A stretch of 64,000 bases of DNA from Hydrolagus colliei (taxonomy: Eukaryota). Under the pieces are notes generated by a model. That model saw only the letters and a list, made by a program, of their open reading frames with translations. It did no database searches and was not told the origin of the DNA. Made by a program: the position numbers and the translations under genes. Below are positions 25,902-38,491 of this stretch, in pieces. The DNA lies in NCBI GenBank assembly GCA_035084275.1, contig CM068775.1, positions 1,302,001-1,366,000 of the forward strand. Direction: 5' to 3'. The stretch's first letter is position 1. Every line of letters begins with the position of its first letter.

Positions 25902-26629
25902 NNNNNNNNNNNNNNNNNNNNNNNNNNNNNNNNNNNNNNNNNNNNNNNNNNNNNNNNNNNNNNNNNNNNNNNNNNNNNNNNNNNNNNNNNNNNNNNNNNN
26001 NNNNNNNNNNNNNNNNNNNNNNNNNNNNNNNNNNNNNNNNNNNNNNNNNNNNNNNNNNNNNNNNNNNNNNNNNNNNNNNNNNNNNNNNNNNNNNNNNNNN
26101 NNNNNNNNNNNNNNNNNNNNNNNNNNNNNNNNNNNNNNNNNNNNNNNNNNNNNNNNNNNNNNNNNNNNNNNNNNNNNNNNNNNNNNNNNNNNNNNNNNNN
26201 NNNNNNNNNNNNNNNNNNNNNNNNNNNNNNNNNNNNNNNNNNNNNNNNNNNNNNNNNNNNNNNNNNNNNNNNNNNNNNNNNNNNNNNNNNNNNNNNNNNN
26301 NNNNNNNNNNNNNNNNNNNNNNNNNNNNNNNNNNNNNNNNNNNNNNNNNNNNNNNNNNNNNNNNNNNNNNNNNNNNNNNNNNNNNNNNNNNNNNNNNNNN
26401 NNNNNNNNNNNNNNNNNNNNNNNNNNNNNNNNNNNNNNNNNNNNNNNNNNNNNNNNNNNNNNNNNNNNNNNNNNNNNNNNNNNNNNNNNNNNNNNNNNNN
26501 NNNNNNNNNNNNNNNNNNNNNNNNNNNNNNNNNNNNNNNNNNNNNNNNNNNNNNNNNNNNNNNNNNNNNNNNNNNNNNNNNNNNNNNNNNNNNNNNNNNN
26601 NNNNNNNNNNNNNNNNNNNNNNNNNNNNN
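25902..26629. other. Assembly gap (728 N)
   Basis: Run of N. Confidence 1.
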
Positions 26630-26875
26630 GGTGGAGACACTGAGATAGATTTCCAGAGGCTGGTGCCTTGTCAATAGAGAATACCATTGGTGACATTGAA
26701 GTGATGGGGCAGACACATTTCAACAGTGGGCGAAACATTTGTGCATGTAAATGTGATATATAAATATTATTTATCACATTACCTGTTGTCGTAACGAAAG
26801 AAACAGATTTGTTCCCTACAATAGTGTTGGAATGTCCTCCCGACATGAGCTGCTCTATACATATGTAATACATAT

Positions 26876-27200
26876 GTGGAGCCCTGCAGCTCAGTGGTTA
26901 GAGCACTCGCCTTACAAGTGTGAGATCTGTGTTAGAATCCAGGCAGATCAGGGCGAAACCTTGGGCAAGTTTCCTTACTCCATGTGCCCAATAATAATCC
27001 GTCCAAAAAAAACCACAATAATAAAAATTGGTCATTTCAATCCATGGCTGGTTGTGGGACACTGCTGAGTGCAATTGGCTGCTACGATTCACCCAAAAAT
27101 ATACAGTCAATTCACCTTACAGTACATTCTGTGAAGCAATTTGGCACGTTGATAAGATGTGAAAACGCAATATCAAATGCAAGGATGATTAATATTATTA
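26876..27200 (+). mobile_element. Full-length tRNA-derived SINE (L2-type 3' tail)
   Basis: A box CAGCTCAGTGGTTAGAGC, B-box-like GTTAGAATCC, conserved body, tail resembling the L2 3' end. Confidence 0.85.
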
Positions 27201-27724
27201 ATTGTTGTTGTTGTTGTTTCCATCACCAATACTTTTCCTGAAATATTCAAAAAAAATTACAAACACACCAGAGGCTGCTTTCAATTCTCAGCTCTGTGGT
27301 TTCAGTTGGTTAAACTCCAGCAGTTCCCCAAAGCTCACACTCTGGTTCCTCAGCCTTGGGTCTTGCTGACCTGGTCCAAATACTGTCTGGAATCAGGTAA
27401 ACAGGATGTGTCCTCCTGGTAAAGCTTGTTCATTCCATTCCAAACATAGCAATTCCCATGTGTGGGTAGTATGGACCTCACTAACTTGCTTTAAGCTTGA
27501 TAATGGGTTTGTGACACCCAGCTGACAAGATGTTATTATAGGTCATAATTATTTATATATTTCATTAAGAAACTTTGATACATAAATACCGGATATATTT
27601 TATTTGAAGGTGGGTATGTGATGAATTATGAAGGCTTAGATATTGGTCTCAAAACACGTAGAGTTGATATTTCATTGTTTACTTACAGAAAATCAACATT
27701 CGATGTAAATTTCTGTGGCTCGAT

Positions 27725-28040
27725 GTGGAGTCCTGTAGCTCAGTGGTTGGTGTACTTGTCTTAACAGTGAGATATGTGGTTGTGTTTCCCAGAGGGTCAG
27801 GGTGAAAACTTGGGCACGTTTCCTCACTCCACACGCCTGGTCATAATCCCTCATAAAAAACAATAAGTAAATTGGTCATTTCAATCCACTATCGTTTGTG
27901 GGATACAGCTGCAAGCAATTGGCTGCCACGTTTCGCCCACCAATGTACAGTCAATAATTACGTTTTATACTGTGAGGTGCTTTGAAATGTCTAGAAGATA
28001 TGAAAAGGCGCTATATCACGTGCAAGGATTGTTATATTCA
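27725..28040 (+). mobile_element. Full-length tRNA-derived SINE
   Basis: TAGCTCAGTGGTTGG A box, same body and tail as 26876. Confidence 0.8.
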
Positions 28041-28607
28041 AAGATTATGAAGAGGCCACAGCTGCCGATTCACTGACAATCGCTGACAGTAGAAATGCAA
28101 AAGTAGTTAGTTGCGTAAAGTGGTTGCATTATCATGATTAGACAGAGGATCCTCTGACTCTGTGGATTCCTATTGTGTATTACATTACTATGAGGCCAAG
28201 ATAGTGCAGTATTGTGAAAGAGTTTAGGAAATATGATTTTTTTTTCAGATATTGAATTAAAAAATAATTTGCGCCCGAAATTTCACACTGTGCAGTCGTG
28301 TAGCTCAGTGTTTAGAGCACTCACCAAGTAAGCCAGTGACCTGGATTTGATTCCCAGCAGGATGAAACATTTTGCAAGTTTCCTTGTGCCACACACCTCT
28401 GTTTACCTAGCAGAGTGCAATTCTCATGTGAAAACACAATTGTTTATTCACTGGTGTGGAATTCATTGCATTAATTACAATCATTATTCAAGTTGTACCA
28501 TCACATTCACTATAAGTACAAATTTCTCTCAGTGTGAGCTCAGTGAGTTGATTGAAGCCTCCAATTCAGCAGGAAAACCAGTTTTACACCAGAGTGTAAA
28601 TCAGGGC

Positions 28608-31600
28608 ATGGAATTTCCAACAGTATACGCTATAGCAGCTATTTACTACCCCATTCTGGTAGCATTTGCAATTCCGGGTAATTCTATTTGTTTTCATGGA
28701 ATGGCAATTGTGAAGAGACTAGTTCAATTGGCATTTTGTATAGTGGCTTATCATGTCTTCTACAAATCTCAAAACAGTTCAAAATATATACAGCAAAGTG
28801 AAATGACTTTGTAAATGTGGGCGAAAGGAGAGAGCTAATTGTGTGTTTCCGTGTCCTACAAACTATCCTGGATTGAAATGATCAATTTTATTAACTGTTG
28901 ATAATGGATTATTAACCAATGGTGGAGTGAGGAAACTTGCTGAAGGTTAGTCCTGACCTGCCTGGAATTGAACACAGATGCATCGCTTGGTGAATGCTCT
29001 AATCACTCAGCTTCAGGACGCGGTTACAGAAATGGGGATAACCAGGGCTATGCATCTGAATGTACAACTTGATCTGAGAGCTGGTGCAGACTCAAAGAGC
29101 CAAAAGATCTCTGTTCTCTTGGAAATATATGTGACAAAATTACATTTATAGAGCGCCTTTCACATTGGGAGGATGTCCCAAGGTGCCGAACAGTCAGGTC
29201 GGGAACAAGTAAGGGAGTGCGGCAGGGTAGGGGGGTTGGTCTTTAGAGAGTTAGGAAGGGAGGGAGGGAGTTGGGAGGGCAGCAGATGGCATGGTAGAAG
29301 AGGACCAACCCTGAATACCGGCATTGAAGGAAGCAAGGTAGATGCAGATGCAGGGAAAGTTGGATGGACTTCCAGAGTGTGGGGGCAGAGATATTGAAAG
29401 CCCATGCACCGTTTGTAGGGCGGGTCGGGTAGGGGACATGGAGCAGACCGGAGCCCACTGAATAGGGCGGTCTGGTAGTTTCATAAGCGGACAGAATGTC
29501 GAAGAGATAGAAGGGGGCAAGGCCATGAATGGCCTTGGAAGTGAGGAGGAGAATCTTGAATTTTATCCTCTGGGGATGTTGAGGCAATGGAGCCGGGCAA
29601 GGGTGGGAGTGATGTGGTCACAGAACTTTGTGCTGGAGAGTACATGAGCTGCAAATTCTGGATGTTCCACAGATTGTGAAAGAAAGAGCCAGAACCAACA
29701 GTGAGGAGGGAGTTTCCATAGTCGTGCCTTGATGTGATGAATGTGTGGACAATGGGTTTGGTAACCTGACGGTTGAGGCAGTGCTGCCATCTGGCAATAT
29801 TGCAGTGGTGTTGATATGGGGGAGGCAGGACAATTAAGGGTAGAACAAGACACCCAGGCTTGGGTGACTTCAAGAGATGGAGAGTGTAGCATTGGAAGCC
29901 GATGCTGCCAGTGCCTGAGTTGTGGAGTTGCTGACATGATCCAATCAGGAGGAGAAAGGTCCATTACATCATGGGAAGATTTCTTGATGTGATAATGGCT
30001 GTTATGAAGAGGATGGGAACGATTTGGATGAAAGGGACAGGTTGACTGTGTCGGCAAGTGGTAGGGTAAGGAGGCGGAGCTGGGTGGTAAGGAGTCGAGT
30101 CGGGATGGGATTCAGGGAGCAGGTGGTGGACTTCGTGGAAGATATGTTTGTGATGACAGGGGATGGGGAGACAGGTTCTCCCCATCGTCATCCATTCTGA
30201 ATGTGTTGAATTAGGGTCAATGAATAAACGAATCAATGAATCAATCAATCAAAATTTACATTTATATCACGCCTTTCATGTCAAGAGGACGGCCCAAGGC
30301 ACTGTACAGTTTGAAAGGGGCAAGAGCATGGGGGGAGGGATCGGGGAAAGATGAACACGAGTAGGAAAATTAACTGTATATTTGTGGGCAAAACGCAGCA
30401 GGCAAATTGAACAGAGCAGGGATAGGTAGATGTTGGGGTGTGGGAGGGTGGTGTGTGGGGGTAGAGGTTGGAAGTGTGATGGCAGCTAAGTGGATTCGCT
30501 CGATTTTGTACTCAAGGTCATCCAGCATCTCCTCACAGTGGGAGTTGGAGGAGAGAATCTGAGAGGTGGACGGGGAAGGGCGGAGGAGCTGATTTGTTGT
30601 GGAGAATAGGAATTTGTGTTTGTCCTGGATTATCCTGGAGTAGAAGTACAATTTGCTAGAGACCAGAGTAGGGAGGTAGTTTTTGGTGTGCCAGATATGC
30701 CAGTGGACCATTAGACCAGATTTGAGACGGGTACGTTCAGTGCCCGACAACTGATCTTTGAGTAACTGGAGGTGGCTGGTGAACTAGGGTGAGGTTCAAG
30801 AGTAACACTTTGGAAAGTATCTGGAGAAATAATTTAGCTGATTTTTTAATGCAGGCTTCCTTACAACAAGGCCACAATTCGAATCTGTATGAAAGGTTTG
30901 CTAAAGGTTTGAGATATGGACAATGTTCTCAAGGAATTGAATCAACTCAAAGGATAAGCAACCAAAAATGAAACATCACTAAGCTCCTCATCTCACACCT
31001 GTATTCACGTGAATAATTTTTCCTATTTTCTTACTTTCACACAGTTAATTTGCTGGCGATTGTGATCCTGTCAAGAGGAAACTGTGGTCTCTCAAAATGC
31101 ATCACTTGCTATCTGGTGGCCATGGCAGCCACGGATCTCCTGGTTGTATTCGTGGATGTGTTGTTGAACAAAATTAACAATCTGTATTTCCCATTAAGTT
31201 TCTTATTCTACACTCCAGTGTGTAGTGTTAGACTTGTGTTGCTGGTTGCAGCATTTCTCATGTCTTTGTGGTTCACTGCTGCTTTCAGTTTTGACCGATT
31301 TGTCGCCATTTGCTGCCAAAAGCTGAAAACAACATATTGCACGGAGAGAACGGCCACAGTGGTTATTGTAACTCTGTGTGTTATTTGCTGCTCAGTCAGC
31401 ATTCCCTGTTACTTTTCACTTGTTCCTCAGTTGATAATTAACAATACCCCGTGGTACTGTGTCTTCAAACCAAACTTTTATACTTTGCTCACCTGGAAAT
31501 TATACGAAAGGTTTATGCGTGTTTTTAATCCACTGTTTGTGTTTGCTTTGATTTGCCTGTTCAACATTATGATTATCAGACACATTCTGATGGCCAGTAA

Positions 31601-31976
31601 AGTCCGCAGGAGGCTTCGGGGTCAGAGAAATGCTGAGAAAACAATTGATCCCGAGTTGGAAAACCGAAGAAAATCCATAATTTTACTGTTCGCCATATCA
31701 GGCAGTTTTATAGTTTTGTGGACAACTTATGTTGTACATTCCGTCATATGGCAACTTTCCAATTTTGATTATAGCGAAACATTGGTCAATAGCACCCCAT
31801 ATATTGTCCAAGATACCGGATTCATGCTGCAAATGTTGAATTGCTGTGCAAACACCTGTATATATGCTTTAACTCAGAGTAAGTTCAGAGAGGAGTTTAA
31901 GAAAGGGTTCATTTATCCCTTTCATATCATTGCGAATCTAATGATAAAACAGCAGGAGAAAACGGTAGGAAAGTAA
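28608..31976 (+). CDS. GPR139-like class A GPCR, copy B (two exons, 333 aa, intact)
   Basis: Exon 1 28608-28677 (MEFPTVYAIAAIYYPILVAFAIP, G|GT donor); exon 2 31045-31976 (AG|TT AAT TTG); 1002 nt open; seven hydrophobic segments, D2.50 (ATDLL), C3.25, FDRF, WYC in ECL2, NTCIY. Family assignment from recalled similarity, not a database search. Confidence 0.88.
29140..30790 (-). mobile_element. Decayed L2 pieces and a short ERV gag-like piece in GPCR-B intron
   Basis: DHITPTLARLH and ERTRLKSGL motifs; paralogous to 39010-40660. Confidence 0.7.
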
Positions 31977-31979
31977 TTG

Positions 31980-34900
31980 GCGACAAACGCGGTTCAACTT
32001 CACGTACATTGGTGACTATCTTCACAAACAGGGAAACTTTCCAACATTACTGTAAGCTCTGTAGTTAATGTAATAAATTAATGTATCAATTAGATTAACA
32101 ATAGATATTTGAGATATGTGATTGGTCGTTCGCTTGTGTTGGCAGCTGGTACTAGTGTAGTTTTGTTGTTGTTGTTGTGACCGGCTTCACAATGATGGGA
32201 GCTGGTTGTGACCGGCTTTGCAGAAGAGACAACAAACTGGTTAAAGTTGACAAACCGTTTCCCATGCCTTATCGGTGTGTTTCCCATGGAGAGGTGGTCT
32301 GCAGGTGGAGAGACAGCTGAGCAACATTTAGTTTTGCAGAGGAATCCTCTTGCAGAAGAAACTGGGTGAAAAGATCACCTGATGAACATAAAAGGGGGGA
32401 TCGAAGAAAGGAAGATAGTGGAAAGTGGAGTCGCCATTGCAGCTTCTGAAGAAGGAACAGTTAAGACTAAGTCAGACCATCGATGTTGTAACAGCATGGC
32501 TGTCCGACATTGAGTCCTGGACGAGGGACAACTTCCTCCAATTGAACGTAAGCAAGACCGAGGCCCTACTCATTGGCTGACGCCAGCGCATCCACACATC
32601 GGGCGCTGCCAGCCTCAACATCCAAGGCTGTACTCTCCACCTCACAAAGCCAGTCAGGAACCTCGGCATCACATTCAACCATAAACTCTCCTTCCTCCCC
32701 CACATCCGTGCCTTGACCGGCACCGCTTTTTTCCACCTGCGCAACATTTGCCAGGCTCCACAACTACCTCACCCCCCAAGCTGCCGAAACACTCGTGCCC
32801 GCGTACATCACCTCATGGCTGGACTACGGAAACTCTCTCATCATCGTCCTCCCCAGCTCCTCCATTCACAGGCTGCAGGTCATCCAAAACTCTGCAGCCC
32901 GTGTACTATCAACAACAACAACAACAAATTACATTTATAGAGTGCCTTTCACGTCGGGAGGACGTCCCAAAGCGCTGATCCCGCACCCGCCTCCGTGACC
33001 ACATAACCCCCACCCTCGCCCGTCTCCACTGTCTCCCCATCCCCCAGAGGATCGACTTCAAGATCCTTGTCCTCGTTTTCAAGGCCTTACACGGCCTTGC
33101 CCTGCCCATTTTATCAGATTTACTCTCTCCCTATAAGCCCACCCAGACCCTCCGTTCAGCAGGACTTGGTTTGCTCCAAGGCCTCCGCCTGAACCGCCCC
33201 ACCATCGGAGGCCGAGCCTTCAGTTTCTCTGCTCTCACTCCATGGAATTCCATCCCCCAATCCCTCCAACTTCTTACCTCCATTTCCTCTTTCAAGGCCG
33301 GTTTGAAGACTTTCCTTTCCGACCATGCCTCAGTTCCCCCCTAATTATTCGACCTCCCCCATGTTTTCTACCGCCTCCCGAACACTCCCCTCCCCTCCCA
33401 GCTCGGGTCACACATCCCCTGTGCAGCGCCTTGGGACGTCCTCCCGACGTGAAAGGCATTCTATAAGTCTAATTTGTTGTTGTTGTTGTTGTTAAGCCTT
33501 AGAAAACTGTCAACACGTTTACTGATGCTCCCAAACTATGTAACAGTGCTGTTGTACTGGGATATTGTTTTGCTGATTGAAAGGGCTGCTGTGCCTGAAT
33601 ACCTTTTGGTGGACATTAAATTAAACATAAATTGCACATTATTCCTCCATCTCTTTGGCAACATTGGTTTGTTGAACATAAATCATTGTGAGCTGTGGGT
33701 CATTACGGAAGCATTGTTGTGATGTATACTTTTAATTAGTTATAAATATTACTAATCTGAATTCACATTCATGTTTTTCTGTACAACACTTGTGTCATTC
33801 TGTATTTCACCAGGACATCACAGGACTAACTAACCCTTACATTATCAGGAGATGATGTACTGTTTCCTTCCAAATGTAGTAACAGAGACAACAATATTAA
33901 ATTGATAAAGAGCCTTTCATGTCGCAAGGACGTCACAAGGCACTGAACAGTCAGCATTCGGGAACCAAGCACAAGGGAGGGGTGGGATAGAGGCAAGAGG
34001 AGGCAGAGAATTGGGAGCACAGCTGGAGTTACAGAGTGTGGGATGGGTTAGTCAGGGTGGCTGCAGTCGGACAGCCGGTGGCATCTGCCATGGTGAGCGC
34101 AATGGAGAATTTGAAGAGTGGGTCAGAGGAAGGCTGTGGAAAGGTCAAGCAATAATAGGAATCAGAGCAGTTGGAGGGAGGGGAGATTTGATTGGGAATA
34201 GTGGAGTTTGGGGGACAGGGACAAGAGCATTTTGGGGAAGCAGTGCTATGACTAGGATCAGACAGTGTTGGAGGGTGGGGGAGAGGTGGGCGGTGGTTGT
34301 CAGTGAGGCAGGGTTTGCCCTCTGGGCTGGTGTGGATCATAATGGCTGTTTTCTCAGTGAGTCCATGGCTGGGAAATTCTAATGACGTGGGCGGGATGAC
34401 ATCACACGACTGCCGGTTTCCGGTTGGTTGAGGCCTCGGTGAGTCAGTGATTGTGGTGATGGTGCTTCAGACCAGCTGAGGGTGAGTCCCTGGTCATCTT
34501 TGCGTCCTCAGGCCTCGCGTTGGTTCTTGTGGCCATTGAAGTTGAAATCCACAATGATAAAGTGGCCAAAGCCTCGGGTCAGCCTGGCCACAGGTCCTCC
34601 TTGCCTGATCATGATTCAGGTCCTGCTCGACTGTGACCGTGGAATTCTCTACAACAGGAGGCTGTGGATGCTCAATCCTTGAATATATTGAAGGTTGAGA
34701 TTGATAGATTTGTAAAGGATTTACGGATATCAGTATAGGATTGGTAAATGTAATTGGGTTAGAAGATCAGCCATGATCTTATCATGTAGCTAAACAGGCT
34801 CGAGGGGCTGAGTAACCTACACCTGGCCTTATTTCTTATGTTATTATGTTCATGTTTGGTGTTTTTTTACTGAAGTTACACCAGCACCAAGATCCACGAC

Positions 34901-37900
34901 CACATCACCTCGCCCGGCTCCATTGGCTCCCCATCCCCCAGAGGATCTAATTCATGGTCCTTGGCCTCACTTTCAAGGCCATTCATGGACTTTCCCCTCC
35001 TATGTTTGTGACATACTATGAATCTGCCCTCCCCTACATTCAGCAGGCTCCAGCCTGCTCCATATGCCTCAACTGTCATGCTCTACCATCGGTGGCTGGC
35101 CTTAAAGCCTCTCTTCCCCCTCACTTTGGAACCCATTCCCAGAGTCCCTTCAACTCGCTCACTCGCACACCTCCTTCAAGGCCGATCTCAAGCCTCTCCG
35201 CTGAATGTGTCTCCTAACTCTCTCCCTCCTGTCTTAACTCTCTCCTGCCCCTCCGAACTCTGTCCAGCCCCTTCCCCCTACATTGCCCCTCTTCCCGGCT
35301 CAGGTCCTGACTGTTCAGCCCCTTGGGACGTCCTCCCGATATGAAATGTTCTCTATAATGTCACTTTGTTGTTGTGGTGGCCGCCCAGTAAAAGTGTGTC
35401 TGTGACACCGGGCATCACAGAGCACATACTGTGGGCACACACTGCAGTTACACCTGGTGGCCACACCCGCTGACTGTGGCGCTGTGGCGTCCTGCACAGA
35501 CAAATCTCAACAGTGACAACAACAACAAAATGACATCTTTAAAGCACAGAGTCCTCCCACAGGAGCCCTCCCAATGGTCATTGTGTATCAAGACTGAGAT
35601 TGATAGATTTGTAAAGGAGAGAGGAATTCAGACACAATGGGCTGAATGGCCTCCTCCAGTGATGTATGATCTATGATTGAACACATTTTATCTATTAATT
35701 TTACTTTTTATTCCACCATTACTGATTTACCAATCACAGCCACTTGAGATGACCTGACAGCTGCTGTTGTTGTTGTTGTTGCTGTTGGAGTGAAGGGCAA
35801 TAATGTATGAAAGGTCAGGCTGTGGGCTCTGTGGTGTGAGGGCAGGAAGCTGATCACTGATTGACTGCAGACAATCACAGCTGCTTCCTGACAATTGTGC
35901 TGTGAGTTTCTGCCCCACCTGATGGCAGCTTGACAGATTCTGTGTCTTTCCAGCAAGAAGTTTTAGATGTAAACAGCAGCAACTTGTGTAGCGTTTTGCA
36001 AATGAGCTGATCTGCAACTTAAACATCTGTTCTATAACATCTGCAAATTATCATTTCCTGTAAACTCAAAGTCAGAAAAATAAGCCTAAACAACATAGCA
36101 ATAAGTGACACAGAACTTTCCATATTTCTGTTCGTTGATAAGGAAACCAGCCTCCCTTCTTGATTGTTTTATGTAATAATACTACAGATGAAGAAGAAAA
36201 TGTATTGGCAATCGCAACCTGGCCATAAAAGCGTGTGGAGGAATGAATCTTGCCAAACGTTTTGCATTGACTAGAATCAAACCCAGGACTTTCACTTGTA
36301 AGGTGAGTGCTCTAATCAGTGATCTACAGGACTTTAATATGCTCTGAATAATCACGAAACACACAGATGTAGAAAATATTTTATTACAGATAATTACATA
36401 AACATTTTCAAATGTATTACACACTGTTATCGTTGTCAAATCAATAATTTATTGTCTGTTTTGAAAATATGTCAAATGTGTTGCTTCTTCCCCAACACAT
36501 CACCAAATGACTGATCACCAGGAGTGTCCTCACATTCAGCAAATAAATACCTTGTTCATGTAACGAAACACTGCCTGGATTGGCAATCATTAATACAATT
36601 GATTAAAAAGTATTTTTAAATGATATTTTGCTTCACATTCCATCAAAGACGGGATATTTTGTGAGGTGACCATGGAGCTGTTCTGTGTCTTGTTGACTAT
36701 GAGCCATGAGTAATAATAATACTTTCGATATAGCGCTTTTCACATCTTCTAAATTGTGTCTCAAAACGTTTCACAGTGGATTGACTGTATAGTTATTGGC
36801 GAAACACGGCAGCTAATTGCACAAACCAATGTCCTGGATTGAAACGACCAAATTGTTATAGGTTTCTTTGGGATGCATTATTATTCAACATGTGGAGTAA
36901 GGAAACTTGCCCAAGGCATCGCCCTGCCTGGAATCGAAACACAAGTCTCACGCTTGACAGTCGAGGGCTCCAACCATTGAGCAACAGTAATCCACTGTAA
37001 TGATTAATTTCCTGATGTGTGGGATTGATGTTGTGCTCACAGGTTTGCTGTAAGATAGGAGGCCTTGCAGATCTTGTACAGTTCCCAGATCCAGTGCCCA
37101 AAGGAGAATTCAATATTCAGCGGTGGATCCTCATGTCTCACTGTAGAGTCCTGTAGCTCAGGGGTTAGAGCACTCACCTCGCAAGCCAGAGACAAGGGTT
37201 TGATACCTGGCAGGACAAAGCCTTGGGCAAGTTTCCTTACACCAAACTTCTGATAATAAGCGATCAAGATAATAAAATAATAATAAATGACTGAAACCAC
37301 TTCTGATACAAGCCTCATGTTATTTCTTCCCAGTTTCCTTCTCCCCCTTGTCCTGAAGGAGTGTGACTGGTCTGACATTACACTGGGCTCCCACTGCACC
37401 AGAAGCCCTCCCCACCTGGCTTCTCACCCCAAGAGAACATTTCATGTCTGGCTTGAAATCATGAGCCGCCACATCAAACCGTTCACCACCATTGCACTAT
37501 TTCATAACCAATCAAGCTTGTGATTACAGTAAATGCAGCGACTGTGAACAGAGAGGATTATTATTATAAGTGGACTGAAGGCTGAATTCATTCCCATTAT
37601 CTTCCAATCCAGAGATAATTATTGTGGCCACGTTTGACATCGACACAGACAATAAGATAGACTTCCTCAAATGTAAGAGAACAGAGAGGAAAGTAGGAGT
37701 AAGGACACATCGAGAAGCGATAAAATAGAAAGAAAGAGATTAATATTGCCAGGAACATAATTTTTTTTTGAAATGTCTAAAGTTCCTTCAGACATTTCAA
37801 TAACATGAAAAGGCATTATGTCAAATGCAAGGTTTATGATCCAAAAGATTATTATGTAAACATTAGAAAATAAAAATTGCAGCAAAAAAGACAAAGGTCC

Positions 37901-38303
37901 ATCTGGATTGCCTTCCACCATCCTGGCCGTCACACATACTTGTCATGTCCTCAACAATATACTGTATCACAAAATATTATTTTCAAAAGTAACCCAGGGC
38001 TTCTATTTTTTTCTGCTGCAACTGTTTCCCTAACTTTAACAGTCACTCACTGAAATAGGGTTCACGTAGGTTTGTGTTGAACTTACCAATTACTCCACTC
38101 ACACACACACATACACACATTAAAGGAAACAATTCATGAGGCTTCAGTTTCATTGCTAATACTATCGACACTTATATTAATATGAAGTTGCTGTCTTTGC
38201 AGAATGTAAAGGGCCCAATTATTGATCTGTGCAGGTCCAAGGGAATGTGAGGCGTGACTCCCCTCAGTCCTGTAGCTATTGGTCCATTCTCCAAACACCT
38301 GGC
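31980..38303 (+). repeat. Spacer block (copy 2), ending in the IgH V upstream region
   Basis: Paralogous to 19830-25150 and 41840-47950; includes L2 32460-33480, SINEs at 36715-36990 (-) and 37145-37260 (+). Confidence 0.9.
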
Positions 38304-38491
38304 AGAGTGCAATTCTCATGTGAAAACACTATTGTTTATTCACTGGTCTGGAATTAATTGCATTAATTACAATCATTATTCAAGTTGTACCATCACATTC
38401 ACTATAAGTACAAATTTATTTCAGTGTGAGCTCAGTGAGTTCATCCAATTCAGCAGGAAAACCAGATTTACACCAGAGTGTAAATCAGGGC

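Noticed and set aside
25838-26873. Long ORFs in the six-frame track
   Set aside because: Artefacts of reading through the N gap.
26876-26960. tRNA genes at the A/B-box motifs
   Set aside because: No complete cloverleaf; each continues into a common SINE body.
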